Source of the DNA: Lingula anatina
Taxonomy: Eukaryota > Animalia > Brachiopoda
DNA length: 64,000 nucleotides
Direction: 5' to 3'
Assembly (NCBI GenBank): GCA_051362555.1
Contig: CM120647.1
Location: forward strand, 744,001 to 808,000
Below are positions 31,765 to 43,950 of the stretch, in pieces. How positions within the stretch are numbered: position 1 is the stretch's first letter; every line of letters begins with the position of its first letter. A program made the translations under genes and the position numbers. The notes under the pieces were generated by a model. That model saw only the letters and a program-made list of their open reading frames with translations. It did not search any database and had not been told where the DNA came from.

Positions 31765-34700
31765 ATGTCAAAGGTAAAAAAATCCAGAGCCTCAGTGAGA
31801 GGTTGGGTGACTCGTTCATGTGAAAGAATCAGAGATATTTTGGAAAGTGAAGAAGAGGATATTGACATTTTAAAAGACTGTGTATCGGATTTGGAAAAGC
31901 GGATATCTAAACTTGATGAAGTTCAAATGGATGTGGAAATGGAAATTGAATCAAGTGAGGACATGGAAGCAGACCAACGGGAGGCGGCAGCTTTCAGAGA
32001 TGAGGCCAAGTCATGGTATGTTAAGGCCATGAGACGGGTACAGTCTATAAAGTCTCCACCTTCCAGTGACAGTACGCGTGAGGTGAGCAGTGCTACTAAA
32101 GATTGTACGTCTGCTAAGTTACCCAAAATAGATTTGCCAAAATTCTCAGGCAATGTCTTGGATTGGCCCGCTTTTTTCGATCAGTTTTGTGCAGTCATTG
32201 ACAATAATAAGGACATTTCCACTATTTCCAAGTTTGCTTATCTGCGCTCTTTGTTAGAGGGAGAGGCCCAGGCCACCATTGCAGGTCTAACACTCACCAA
32301 AGACAACTACGAAGTGTCAAAAAGACTATTAATAGATAGATTCGGAAATAGTGAGAAAATCATTTTCAATCACATCCAGGAAGTATTGAAAATATCTCTG
32401 CCATCCAATCCAACCATCACACAGTACTGGAAATTCTACAATGACCTAACAGCACATGTGAGGAGCTTGGAAAATTTAGGAATTCATGGGCGCCAATATG
32501 GAGTTATCCTCACGCCCTTGGTGATATCAAGGTTACCACAGACCATGAGACTGGAGTGGGCTCGTGACAGTCTGCATCGGGAGAGTGATCTGGAATGGTC
32601 CATGGATTTTTTACATCGAGAAATTCAACGTATGGAAAGGTCACAGTCATTCACAATGGGAGTTACTACATGTGGTTCAACAGGAAAGTCAAAAACATTG
32701 CCATGTACTGCAGCAGCTTTGCAGACAAGTGTGAACAGTTCAGGTAACTCATGTGCCTATTGTCATCGTACAGGTCACTCTATTGACCATTGTTTTGATA
32801 TTACTACAGTCTCACCTAATGAGAGAAAGCGCATGTTACGTCAGATAGGTGCATGTTTTAGATGTTTAGCTGTTAAGAAGGGTCACAATTTTAGTAGGTG
32901 TAGGGTTACATGTACTAAATGCAATGGTAGCCACAACAAATTACTTTGTGGTGTATTTAAATCAGTCACTGAAGCATGCCCTGTTAGATCCAACTTAGGT
33001 GTAGGTCAAGGAGATTTATCTCCTGGGTCAGGTGGTACTAACCAAGCAACTCATAGGTCAGGTGTAACTAACCATTCACTTTCTGGGAAGGGCAAGGTAC
33101 TTTTGCAAGTTGTGAAAATTCAGATTCAAGGACCCAAGGAGAGTGTTTTTGCCAATGTGTTATTTGATACAGGGTCTGATAAAACTTACATTTCCCAAGA
33201 TTTGGTGAACAGGGTTTCACCTGAATGGGTTGATCATGAATGTGTTTCTTACAGTTACTTTGGCAATGAGAATTCAACCCAAACTTCATTTAGTGATGTT
33301 TACAATGTTGTCTTGAAAGAAAATCAGGGTGTAATTTCAATCATGGCAACTGGAGTCCCAGTCATTTCAGCACCACTTTCTTGTCCATTAGTACCTCCAC
33401 ATTTTTTTAATTCCCTTGAGGGAGAAGTGGTAAATGTGGAAAATAGTCCCGGGGAGAAGGTGCCCATTGATCTCCTCATTGGCCTGGATTCATATTGGCG
33501 ATTTTTCACTGGTGAAACCGTGAAACTTTCACAACATTTGATTGCTCAGAAATCCATTTTTGGTTGGATAGTATCAGGAGTAGTGCCTGTTTCTGAGACC
33601 TCTTTTGTTTCACATTCTCATCAGCTATTCTGTTTATCAGACTTCTCTGAAAAAGCAGCCCATAGTTTTTGGGATTTAGAGAGTGTAGGGGTAGCCAAGG
33701 ATGAGTCATCCTTTTCAGATGATCATTTGATGAAACAGTTTGAAAATTCTGTGGTGCATTTAGCCAGTGGTAGATACGAAGTTTCTCTACCATGGAAAAA
33801 TGAATTTGCTAGAGGTTGTTTATTGGAAAATGAATCTCAATCCAGAAAGAGATTGAATAACACCTCTAGAAAACTGGCTAAAACACCTACGTTAGAAAAG
33901 CAGTATCATGGTGTCTTCAGTGAATACCTTGAAAATGGTTTCATTGAACAAGTTGAAGATATTCCCAATGTGTCTGAGCTGCCACACCCTGTCTATTATA
34001 TGCCTCATAGGCCTGTTATCAAAGAGGGGAGTGCCAGTACAAAAATCCGCCCTGTTTTTGATGCATCATCAAAGGGTTACAATGGAATATCTCTGAATGA
34101 TTGTTTAGAAGCTGGCCCTTCCCTGATTCCAAATCTCATTGAAATATTGATTCGTTTCAGACGTTGGCCAGTTGCTGTGTGCGCTGATATAATCGAGGCT
34201 TTTTTGCAGATTCAAGTGAAGCCAGAGGACCGTGATGTCCATCGTTTCTTATGGAATGATATGGGTACTGTGAAAACAATGAGATTTACGAGGGTTCCCT
34301 TTGGTAATAAGTGTAGCCCATTTCTGTTAAATGCCACAGTGAAACATCATTTGTCCCAATACCCTACTTCTCATGTAGTGGATGAATTGAATCAGAATTT
34401 GTATGTGGATGATCTCATTTCTGGATGTGATGATGAGATTGAAGCTTGTGCATTTATAAGAGAGGCAGACTCCATAATGCAACAAGCTAGCATGAAATTT
34501 TCAAAGTGGGTTTCAAACAGTGACACTGTGGGCGAGTTGCTCAGTCAGGAATTTAGTGACAGGTCTGTCACTGAAAAAATGCTTAAAGTCCTTGGCATAC
34601 AGTGGATGCCTACAGAGGATTGTTTTTATTTTGATGGATTAGAATTGTCTTCTGATGCTTATGTTACCAAACGTGTTATTTTGAGTTATTTAGCACGTTT

Positions 34701-37110
34701 ATTTGACCCTTTGGGGTTGTTGGCACCTTTCATTGTAGTGCTCAAGTGTTTGTTTCAGTCGCTATGGCGATTGCACTTAGACTGGGATGAGATTGTCCCA
34801 GATATCATTGCACAGCAGTTCAAGTGCTGGTTGCAGGGTTTGCATGCAGTGAGAGGGTGGAGAATACCTCGATGTTATACAGTGGGTCACTGGAATGATG
34901 TAGAGGTATATCAGCTTCATGCATTTGGTGATGCCTCTGAAAAGGCATATGGTGCCTGTGTGTATTTACGCACTTTGTCCAAGGATGGCATATGGCGTAC
35001 TTCTCTGGTGTATAGTAAGACCAGGGTGGCCCCTCTGAAGCCTATAACATTACCTAGGCTTGAATTGTTGGCAGCATTGTTAGCTGCAAAACTGCTGTCC
35101 TTTGTGAGAGACAGTTTACATTTTTCAGCAAATGTTCCTTATACTTGCTGGACTGATTCCACCATAGTTTTATCTTGGATAAAAAGTGATCCAAGAAAAT
35201 GGAAAACTTTTGTTTCAAACAGAATATCTGAAATTCAGAGTCTGACTGACCCATCTCAGTGGTTGCACTGTACAGGTAATCAGAACCCTGCAGACTTACT
35301 GAGCAGAGGTATCTCAGGTCCAGAGCTTTGTGTATCTGAAACCTGGTTACATGGACCAGTTTTCCTCCGTGAAATTAGACCAAAGATTTCTAGCATGAAA
35401 ACTGTGTCAGAATCAGATGTGAATGAAGGGGTGGTTATTTCTGAAATGAAATCAAATCCTGTATTGCTCAAGTTTGAAACCCCTGATGTTGTTTTCCAGT
35501 TTGAAAAGTGGAGTACATTTACAAAGACCCTCCGGATTATGGCTTGGGTTTTGAGATTTATTGGCAATTTGAAAGCCAGTAAAGAAGCTCATTGTACTGG
35601 AGATCTGACACTTATGGAGCTTCAGGAAGCTAAAGTGCACCTGATATCTGTTGTGCAGAGAGAAAATTTCAGTGAAGAAATAGCCTGTGTTCTTGAGAAA
35701 CAGTCTGTGTCAAAGAAATCCCCTTTATTTAAACTGTCACCTTTCATTGATGGTGATGGTTTATTAAGGGTTAAAGGCAGATTACAGTTTTCTCATCTGT
35801 CATATGAGGCAAAACATCCTATCATTCTGCCAAAGGGTCATTTTTCATTGTTACTCATTCGACATTTGCATAACACTTTGAAGCATGCAGGTGTGAACTC
35901 TTTATTGGTCAGATTGAGAGATGAATATTGGATTACTGGTGCAAGGCGCATGTGTAAACGTGTGAAAAGAGAATGCATCACATGTCAACGGTTAGATACT
36001 GCAGTTAGCAGTCAGCCGGTACCCCCACTTCCTAGTATGAGAGTGAACACTGCGCCACCTTTTTCTGTTTCAGGTTTGGACCATGGTGGTCCACTCTTTT
36101 GTTGTGATACTGGCAGCAAGAAGTTTTATATATTGCTGATCACCTGTGCTGTTACACGGGCTGTACATTTAGAGCTTGTATGTTCTCTTTCAGCAGAGGA
36201 AACTTTGAATGCAATTCGGCGTTTTGTTGCCCGTCGTGGTATGCCCTCAGTCATTATTTCAGATAATGCACGTGGATTTGTTGCAGCAAAGAAGCTTGTA
36301 TTGCAGTATTTTGGTTCAAATAGTCCTAAGTGGCAATTCATTGTTCCTTTGGCCCCTTGGTGGGGAGGATGGTGGGAGCGTTTGATGGGATCTGTGAAAT
36401 CGTCTTTGAAGAAGACTATTGGCACACGGTCTTTGACTAGAAGTGAATTAGAAATCACCCTGTTTGAGATAGAAGCCTGTATCAATTCCAGGCCACTTAC
36501 CTTTGTTGCAGATGATGTTGAGGACCGGGTTTCTTTAACCCCTTCACATTTTCTTGTAGGAAGACTGTTAACCAGTGGTCCGTTGAATGATTTGGAAGAA
36601 ATTCCTGATATGAACAATGTAGACTTGGTTGCCATGTATGATCATAGAAATCAATTGTTGAACAAATACTGGGAAAAATGGTCATCAGAATACATTCGTA
36701 ACCTTCCATCTTGTCAAAGTAGTGTTTCAGGTAGGAAAGGGTTAAACATTGGATCAGTAGTTTTAGTGAGAGACCAAAATTCTCCACGTTTATTATGGCC
36801 ATTGGGAGTAGTGCAAAGGGTTTTTCCAGGTAGAGATGGTCTAGTTAGGTCAGTTGAGGTCAAAACTAGTAAAGGGTTAATTACCAGACCAATACAAAAG
36901 TTACATGACCTTGAAATTAGTAGTGGGGTAGGTTTAGAATCTTTGCCAGTAGAACCTGAGTTAGATGATCAAGGGGTTAACATTTCTACAGGAAAGCAAC
37001 AATTTGACACTGATCATGCGCTTTCTCCCAACAACACAACTGAGACAGAAACTGCTCAATATTCAAGATATGGAAGAAAGATTAAAAAACCAACTATATT
37101 GGACTTATGA
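31765..37110 (+). CDS. BEL/Pao Gag-Pol polyprotein (Gag, Zn knuckles, protease, RT, RNase H, integrase)
   Basis: KLPKIDLPKFSG (DUF1759-type Gag), three Cys/His knuckles, LFDTGS protease, YVDD RT, LHAFGDASEKAYG RNase H, HHCC plus D/D/E (GLDH, SDNA, WWERL) integrase, WPLG tail. True start is probably gccATG at 31765, because the listed start at 31645 lies inside the inserted transposon. Confidence 0.95.
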   Translation: MSKVKKSRASVRGWVTRSCERIRDILESEEEDIDILKDCVSDLEKRISKLDEVQMDVEMEIESSEDMEADQREAAAFRDEAKSWYVKAMRRVQSIKSPPSSDSTREVSSATKDCTSAKLPKIDLPKFSGNVLDWPAFFDQFCAVIDNNKDISTISKFAYLRSLLEGEAQATIAGLTLTKDNYEVSKRLLIDRFGNSEKIIFNHIQEVLKISLPSNPTITQYWKFYNDLTAHVRSLENLGIHGRQYGVILTPLVISRLPQTMRLEWARDSLHRESDLEWSMDFLHREIQRMERSQSFTMGVTTCGSTGKSKTLPCTAAALQTSVNSSGNSCAYCHRTGHSIDHCFDITTVSPNERKRMLRQIGACFRCLAVKKGHNFSRCRVTCTKCNGSHNKLLCGVFKSVTEACPVRSNLGVGQGDLSPGSGGTNQATHRSGVTNHSLSGKGKVLLQVVKIQIQGPKESVFANVLFDTGSDKTYISQDLVNRVSPEWVDHECVSYSYFGNENSTQTSFSDVYNVVLKENQGVISIMATGVPVISAPLSCPLVPPHFFNSLEGEVVNVENSPGEKVPIDLLIGLDSYWRFFTGETVKLSQHLIAQKSIFGWIVSGVVPVSETSFVSHSHQLFCLSDFSEKAAHSFWDLESVGVAKDESSFSDDHLMKQFENSVVHLASGRYEVSLPWKNEFARGCLLENESQSRKRLNNTSRKLAKTPTLEKQYHGVFSEYLENGFIEQVEDIPNVSELPHPVYYMPHRPVIKEGSASTKIRPVFDASSKGYNGISLNDCLEAGPSLIPNLIEILIRFRRWPVAVCADIIEAFLQIQVKPEDRDVHRFLWNDMGTVKTMRFTRVPFGNKCSPFLLNATVKHHLSQYPTSHVVDELNQNLYVDDLISGCDDEIEACAFIREADSIMQQASMKFSKWVSNSDTVGELLSQEFSDRSVTEKMLKVLGIQWMPTEDCFYFDGLELSSDAYVTKRVILSYLARLFDPLGLLAPFIVVLKCLFQSLWRLHLDWDEIVPDIIAQQFKCWLQGLHAVRGWRIPRCYTVGHWNDVEVYQLHAFGDASEKAYGACVYLRTLSKDGIWRTSLVYSKTRVAPLKPITLPRLELLAALLAAKLLSFVRDSLHFSANVPYTCWTDSTIVLSWIKSDPRKWKTFVSNRISEIQSLTDPSQWLHCTGNQNPADLLSRGISGPELCVSETWLHGPVFLREIRPKISSMKTVSESDVNEGVVISEMKSNPVLLKFETPDVVFQFEKWSTFTKTLRIMAWVLRFIGNLKASKEAHCTGDLTLMELQEAKVHLISVVQRENFSEEIACVLEKQSVSKKSPLFKLSPFIDGDGLLRVKGRLQFSHLSYEAKHPIILPKGHFSLLLIRHLHNTLKHAGVNSLLVRLRDEYWITGARRMCKRVKRECITCQRLDTAVSSQPVPPLPSMRVNTAPPFSVSGLDHGGPLFCCDTGSKKFYILLITCAVTRAVHLELVCSLSAEETLNAIRRFVARRGMPSVIISDNARGFVAAKKLVLQYFGSNSPKWQFIVPLAPWWGGWWERLMGSVKSSLKKTIGTRSLTRSELEITLFEIEACINSRPLTFVADDVEDRVSLTPSHFLVGRLLTSGPLNDLEEIPDMNNVDLVAMYDHRNQLLNKYWEKWSSEYIRNLPSCQSSVSGRKGLNIGSVVLVRDQNSPRLLWPLGVVQRVFPGRDGLVRSVEVKTSKGLITRPIQKLHDLEISSGVGLESLPVEPELDDQGVNISTGKQQFDTDHALSPNNTTETETAQYSRYGRKIKKPTILDL

Positions 37111-37338
37111 ACTGTTATGATGAACTGTGGACTATCAAAGTGAACTGTGAACTATCTAAGTGAACTGTGAATGTTCAATGTGAACTGAGAATATTATTAT
37201 CATGAACTGGAATTAAGGACTGGACATGGACTTGATAATTGGCACACTATTAACCGTATTGTATTGCTAGTAATAAAGTAAGATTATTAGTATTGTAATT
37301 CATTGAAATATATGTAATATATTTCAAGGTGGGGAGAA

Positions 37339-37629
37339 TGTCAAATATTGTTATGATTGTAACCGATTGTGTTGGATTGTGTTGGATGTGTTGTACGGTG
37401 GGTCCCCCTGATGGTGAAAGGGGAAAAAGAGTGAGTAGAGCTTCGAGGTTGAAGAGTGCACATGTGGACTCCATGCGGAGTTCTGATATTTTTTTGGACA
37501 CGTGTTTTTTTCCATGTTAGGAGTAGACTCCATGCGGAGTTGTGATACACACGTGGAATGTACTGTAAAACTGTAAATAATAAAAAAAAAAAAATAGAAC
37601 CAGCGCAAGTTTATTATTTATCTACAACA
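37339..37629 (+). repeat. BEL/Pao 3' LTR
   Basis: Follows the polypurine tract; direct repeat of 29618-29908. Confidence 0.93.
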
Positions 37630-40600
37630 AATATTTTACACCTTCATATGCCAGCTTTTGATCCCACAAAAAAACTCCCATTTCTAAGGCGAGTACAAGA
37701 ATTAAAGTGGTACATGTATCTTTTCATATCCACAGGAGTGTCTGAGGTTTCAGACAAATGGAGAAGTCGGCTGATCCACTGCATCAACAGATGTGACAGC
37801 TACTTCAATCCTGAGATAGTCAAGATCTGTTCCAGTTATTTTGAAGCACTGTTTCATTAAATGTATGTGTACATTCAGGCTGTATAATTGGGGGATGAAT
37901 ATTATCTCATGAAAGTTTATTGAACTCGATTGAAATGAATTAACATCCCTTTCACCTCCTTATTACAACTTAAATTCAACATTGCTGTTTGCTTACCAAA
38001 TGAGGACTTATGTCTCGGTTTCAAAGCTTTATTTTTTACATCAGACATTTAGCAGTGCACACATGTATGGTGAAACTGATTGTAGTTACATACAAATTGA
38101 GACTATCCTTACTTTAAAATAGAAATCTATAAATTAAGAAATGTGCATAATAAGGGCAGAATTTTTACATTTAGCATGTTATGTAGAACTAAAATGGCAG
38201 TCTGGAATAACAGAATTAGAGCATTGGAAAAATGTATCTGTATAGGAAATTTTTTCCTAAAATTTTTTCATTTCCATCAACATAGGCTGCATTTGTAGTG
38301 ATAGATGCAAGTCTGCCTTGTGACTTAGCAGCCTGCAATGTCTGCTTCTGGCTGTGTACTTTTATCTCCGAGTTGACTCAGTTTTTCCTTGTTATCACTT
38401 CCCCTTCATCTATGTTTCAGTTTGCTGACTACAAAAACCACCAATCATTATAGTGTGTGATGTCTACCTCTGTCCGTTTGATGGAATCGACAACATTTTC
38501 TGCACTAGTAGGGCTGATGAAATGTGCATCCAGGACTTAACTGAAGATCTCAACTGCCAACCAGACTGCTGTAATGTCTTGTATGCTGGTTGTAGCAGTG
38601 AAGATAGCTGACTGGGATGCCTCTCTGTTCAGCCTGGAGACCTTGGACTTCTTTACCAAACAGGGAGATATATATTGTCCCAAAAGGTTGCAGAAACCTG
38701 AAACTAAATTAGAACTGTATGCTAGTGATGCACGTTTTTTAAAAGTACTAATGGCAGAGTACAACCAATTATGTCTGACTCCAGATTTTGACATATCCAA
38801 GAATATTGCTGTTTGAGAAATCCGTTTCAATACGACATCTTTATTTTTAACTATGGCTATGTAAAACATTGGCTTTTAAATGTATACTGACAGTCAATAA
38901 AATCATAGCATTTATTTATCAAATAATATTTTAAGTTCCTTTGGCACATTAAGAAAATGACAGTTTTCATGTGAAATATGACACATTATTCAGTCACACA
39001 TTTCACTCTTTTATGACCAAAAGAGAGTTGGAATCGATTCTCGTTAAAAAAAGGACAAGAAAGTTTTCTGATGCACTTTCACTGTCTGTCACCATATATT
39101 AAAGAATAATCCATAGTATAACATAAACAAGAGCTGAGAAAAAAATCGAGTATGCAGGCAAGAAAAAGTTACCATTATAATAAACTATGCAGGCAAGGAA
39201 AAGTTACCATTATTAAAAACAGGTTGAAATACTATTGTGATTAAGTTCAACCCAATATTGCATTTACACTTTAAAATAAATTAATTGCACCAATAGTATT
39301 CTATGGGTCAGATGTATGAGGCTTCAAACTGTGTGAACAGGTGCTGATATTATTTAAGGAAAATTTAAGGTGTAAAATCAAGCACTTCCAAATTAGCTAT
39401 CTTAAGTGATGGCATCAGATAACCCATGGTTTGCAGCTAAGAGTAGAAAAAAAAATTTAATAATAATAATAATAAATAAATAAAATTTAAAAAATAATAA
39501 AATAAAAAAAAATGAAATAAACAGAGGAGAAAATAACAAACTATAAAATGCTTTTAAAGATAGATGAGGCATGATGTATTACATGGAAAACAAGTAAAAA
39601 CATTTTTATATAGTTTTGGAAGTGCGTGGTATAATTAAGGCACAGGAAATAATTTATTTTTTGGATTTCTTGAACATTAGACTGAAATATTACCATGTTC
39701 AAGAGTGTATTAAACAATTGCAAAATATCTCTAAACTGAAATCATTGTATTTTCTAAATGTTTCAGCTGAAGATGCTTTATGTATTTATATCTGATTTCT
39801 CTAAATTTCACTGTTCTTATCATATACTGATGATTGATCAAAGTAGACAAGAAAACATTCCATAGAAATATAAAAATTTTATATGCAGGTCAAGAGTAAA
39901 ATTAATTTGCTATTATTGTTATTATGTATGCAGTAACAGCTGTTGTTGCTACTATAACTGATACATATTTGGAACTTTGTAATTTTGATAAAAGCCTTGA
40001 AATACTGAAATAAATATATTCTTTAACAATGTACCTTTTGAAGTTTCCTTTTGCATATTTATAGCTGCTGTATGTCAACAAAATGCTGGATGCAGCTTTT
40101 CCAGGGATTGCTCCACTAATTGTGAGATTTCAGTCACCTGAAGTAGTAAATTTACAAAAGCACTGTCAACAAATTATTTTTGTATTTGTATCATGTTTCA
40201 TTATTAATGTAAATGCATATTATCTAACGAAAAGGAATGTACTGTTCCAATTTCCATGTAATTATAAAATGTTTAATCATATAAAAATGTTCTCAAACAA
40301 AAAAAAAATGTTCAGAAAGATGGTTATTTTTATTTATTGCAACATACTAGGGTGGTGCTACTGGTTGCGTGGTGCTCTGTACGGCGAGTTGCAGCATACT
40401 GAATCTCTCTTCAAAATCATCCTATAAACAGAAAATTTACTTAAAATTTTGGAAAAAATAACTTACAACAAATACAAAATTTTAATGATAATGAATGTGA
40501 GTAGGATTCAACTTAATGAGGTGATTTAATATCGGTAGTAAAAAATTATTGGGTTGCCTTTTCCTTGGCAGGAAAATTGCTAGCAGCCTTGTATTTAGTT

Positions 40601-41101
40601 GTAAACAAAAGCATAAATATCAAATTCCCTAGTTAAGGGACAGAATTTTATTCCGACTTTTTTCAAGTATGATGTGCAGTCAAACTACAGTTCACGGCTA
40701 GTTCGGACTTATATTCCGTTGCTGTACAGATATATCATTACTTGATCACGACAGGGAAAGTAAAACTCTGCCGGCTGTCCACGTGCTTTGTGTGAGATCG
40801 CTCGATTATCGTCGATTTTATCCACATGCTGCAATCCAGCTTCGTTTAATCAAGCTAAGAGACAGACTTACCTCCAATAATGTCAACTTCGAGGCCATTA
40901 TTAATCAAATTGAACCAAAAATCTGTCAAAATGACGCTCAATTGTCTTAGCACGCCTGCTCCCCATTCACATGTAGTGCAACGAAAGTTGACCGGAAGTA
41001 AAACTACCCAACTCTCGCCCAACTCTCGTGGTCACAAGCTCATAACACAGAGGGCAATACAAATCTCGCGGGAGTTGGCATTCCATTTTCTCTACTTCTA
41101 T

Positions 41102-41443
41102 GGTAAAATATTCAACATCAATTTAAAAAACAACGCTTCAAACTTGTGCTATTTCTGTAAAACGTTGTTAATCACGAAAATCGAAGCGCGATCAAGCACA
41201 GCAAACAGTAACAGCAAAACTATGCTTCCGGGTTTTTTTTATAGTAATGATTTCGCAAATAATTATTCTTAATTAGTACATCAAAAAGCAATTTAATTTG
41301 ACAAGTTGGCATAAATAAAATTAGCTAAAATATTTATAGATGTCACTGAATAATGGGCACACTTTGTATAAAATATAATTTAAAATATCATATAAAACTA
41401 AAACCCACACACGCCATAGGTCCGCATAAATGTCCTAATTCTC
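41102..41443. repeat. ~345-bp dispersed repeat, copy 2
   Basis: Direct repeat of 28561-28905. Confidence 0.9.
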
Positions 41444-41665
41444 TGGAATGTTATCAGGACGACGAGACAAGCACAAACATTTAAGTGTGTCAGCGTCTCC
41501 CGTTCTTATCAGAAGGCCTCTGCCGAGAAGTCGATGCAATCGACAGCCGCTTGACGTCCTATTAAATTAGACTGTTCACTGCTTTTATTTGGGGGTTTAA
41601 CTAGGTCTCAGTTTAATTTCTAGGGACTATTATTTCTTTCCCGTTCTCTTGGGTGATTTTTGTCC

Positions 41666-41716
<51 letters not shown>

Positions 41717-43707
41717 ATTATTTGGGTGTAAATTTTTAGAATTGCGTTTTTCTAAATAAAACGTTCTACTAAGTGTTCAGTAGCCAGTGAAGAGATCTGC
41801 AGATTATGTAAGTAATTTACTGAACAGGATTTTCGACTTGCATTATCCTTGAGATGTGAATAAAATGTTATTTACTGGGATTTGTGATTTGATGTTTTTA
41901 TTTCCCGTGAACTGTGATTACTCCCCCCCCCCCCCCCCATGGGACCCTCTCAAAAGAGTGAGATCAATCTAAACTGCATGTGACGAACACGGAATCCCCC
42001 ACTATATAGGGCCTATATAGGCCCTATAGGCCTATAGCCTACTGTATGTACAGTACATTCGACCTACAGGTATCAGTGGCGAATTTGGGGGGTGGGGGTT
42101 CAGAGGGGTTCTGACCCCCCTCTTCGGTTTCTGGAAAAACACCACACCAATATTTCCCTCTTAATATTACAATTTGTAGAGCTGAATCATTGTTCTAAAC
42201 AGCACCAAATGGCACCGTGTTCCGCCAAAACACTTCGCACCCCACACCAAGGGGGGGCAAGGATAACCAAGGATCGGCTTTGCATCCGAGGCCTGTCATT
42301 CTTTAAAAAACTGGACCCCCTCAAACTGTTGAGAGGATGACACCCCTACCCCGCAGTTTCATTAAGACCGCTTAGCACTAACCACCGGCTAAATCCAGCA
42401 TTTAACTTAAACGACGTTAAAACCTGGTTTTTATATATAAATACCGTCTAGCCCTAACCAACAATTAAATCTTCTTCAGGGTCGGTTAAATTCATATGCT
42501 CCAAGAAGTTAGTTAATTTTTTTAAACACTAGATAATAATAGCAAACCTGCTGTGGTTTACATGTAGGCCTACTGGCCGGTGGGTGTAGGCCCCTATATG
42601 TCGTATATATGTAGTCTATGTAGTTTTTCTACCTATTCTCACGGTATGATTAGCTCAGTTTTTTTCCCTCAATATTATATCCTCATACAAGTTAAACTGT
42701 GAACTACAGTATTAGACAATGATTTTTTAATGATACTTTTAACTCTTCAAATAATTATTTCAATCAGTGGGTCTTTTGCTCTTTCTCTCCAGTCATGAAC
42801 GGTAAAATTCATTCATTTGGAACTTAAAATGTGTAATTAGCTCTAGATAATATTCTAAGACCAAATTTTACTGTTGTTGTTTCGAGTCTCTTTCAGAGAT
42901 AAATTATAAGGAGTCCCCTCGTGTCTGTCCACCTTGATTTGAACTTTATGATTGATTTTTCTGATTGATATTTTAATTGATTAAGTTTTACTTAGTACAT
43001 AAAAATCTCAATTCTGAAAAAAAGGAGAAGGTTGGATTGAAGCACTTAACGGACCTTACTGTACCGTGTAAATGTTATATAGTTTAGTAAAAGCCCGCAG
43101 TTCCGGGTTTCCAAGAGGTTTATGATAAAAGGGTTTTTATTTATACTGATTTTATAATAAGGTCTTCCACTAGATCTGCTCTTTCCTTTCGTTGTCCTTG
43201 CGATGAAGACGATGACGATGGTTTGAAATAAAACTCCTGCGCAAACTCTGTCTGTAGGCAGTTTATATGTTGTTTGTGTTGTTTTATGCTTAATATGTTA
43301 TGCATTGTCAGTTATTGTCTGGGAGAAATACGTCTACCTGTATGATGAAAATTAATTTAATGCGGGTTTCAGCTGAACCAGTACTTCTGACGGGGGCAAT
43401 AGCACTTAGCCACTTTATTAATTTAAGGCTTGACTATAAAGATTAAAATTGTGTATCTGTAGGAGAGCGATATACCATCGACGTCCAATTCATTTGCCTT
43501 TTGCTGAGTTAGCATTTATTGTCTTTGGTGCAGATCACAGTGCAGTCGCAGCCAATACTGGAAATAGATATGGCTAAGTTAGTAAGGACTGACTAAGTCA
43601 ATGATAAATGGCTAAGTCAGAGAAATTGCTCAATCAGTAGTACTCAGTGATAAACGGGTTATTCGGTAATGAACGGCTAAGTCTGTAACAAATAATAAAT
43701 AATAAAG

Positions 43708-43938
43708 GGGACCATTCAGAATGAGAAAAACCGAGGGCTAGCTAGGCCACGACCTAAATATGACGGACCCACATGAAAGGAGGACAGCTTAATCCTGTAA
43801 TGGTCTCTCCGTCTCTCACACGCCTCCTCACGGGTCGTCCTTGCAGGGACACAGTAATTAGACGTCGGCTCAATTCAACCAGTCGAGGGACGGCGCTAGC
43901 TTAGCTGGCACTCGGCACTTCTCAAAATGAATGGTCCC
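43708..43938. mobile_element. MITE with Harbinger-like GGG...CCC ends
   Basis: GGGACCATTCAGAATGAGAA ... TTCTCAAAATGAATGGTCCC. Target duplication is not clean. Confidence 0.6.
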
Positions 43939-43950
43939 AATGGCTACTCT

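Larger units (their letters stand above)
29618..37629 (+). mobile_element. Full-length BEL/Pao LTR retrotransposon
   Basis: Two 291-bp LTRs (TGT...ACA), PBS TGGTGCCGCGAGCCGGGA at 29913, polypurine tract AAGGTGGGGAGAA at 37326-37338, and a single gag-pol ORF. Confidence 0.95.

Noticed and set aside
37630-38870. Coding-like stretches after the BEL 3' LTR (GVSEVSDKWRSRL..., KIADWDASLFSLETLDFF...)
   Set aside because: Interrupted by stops, no consistent splice chain and no family I can recognise; a translated search would be needed.
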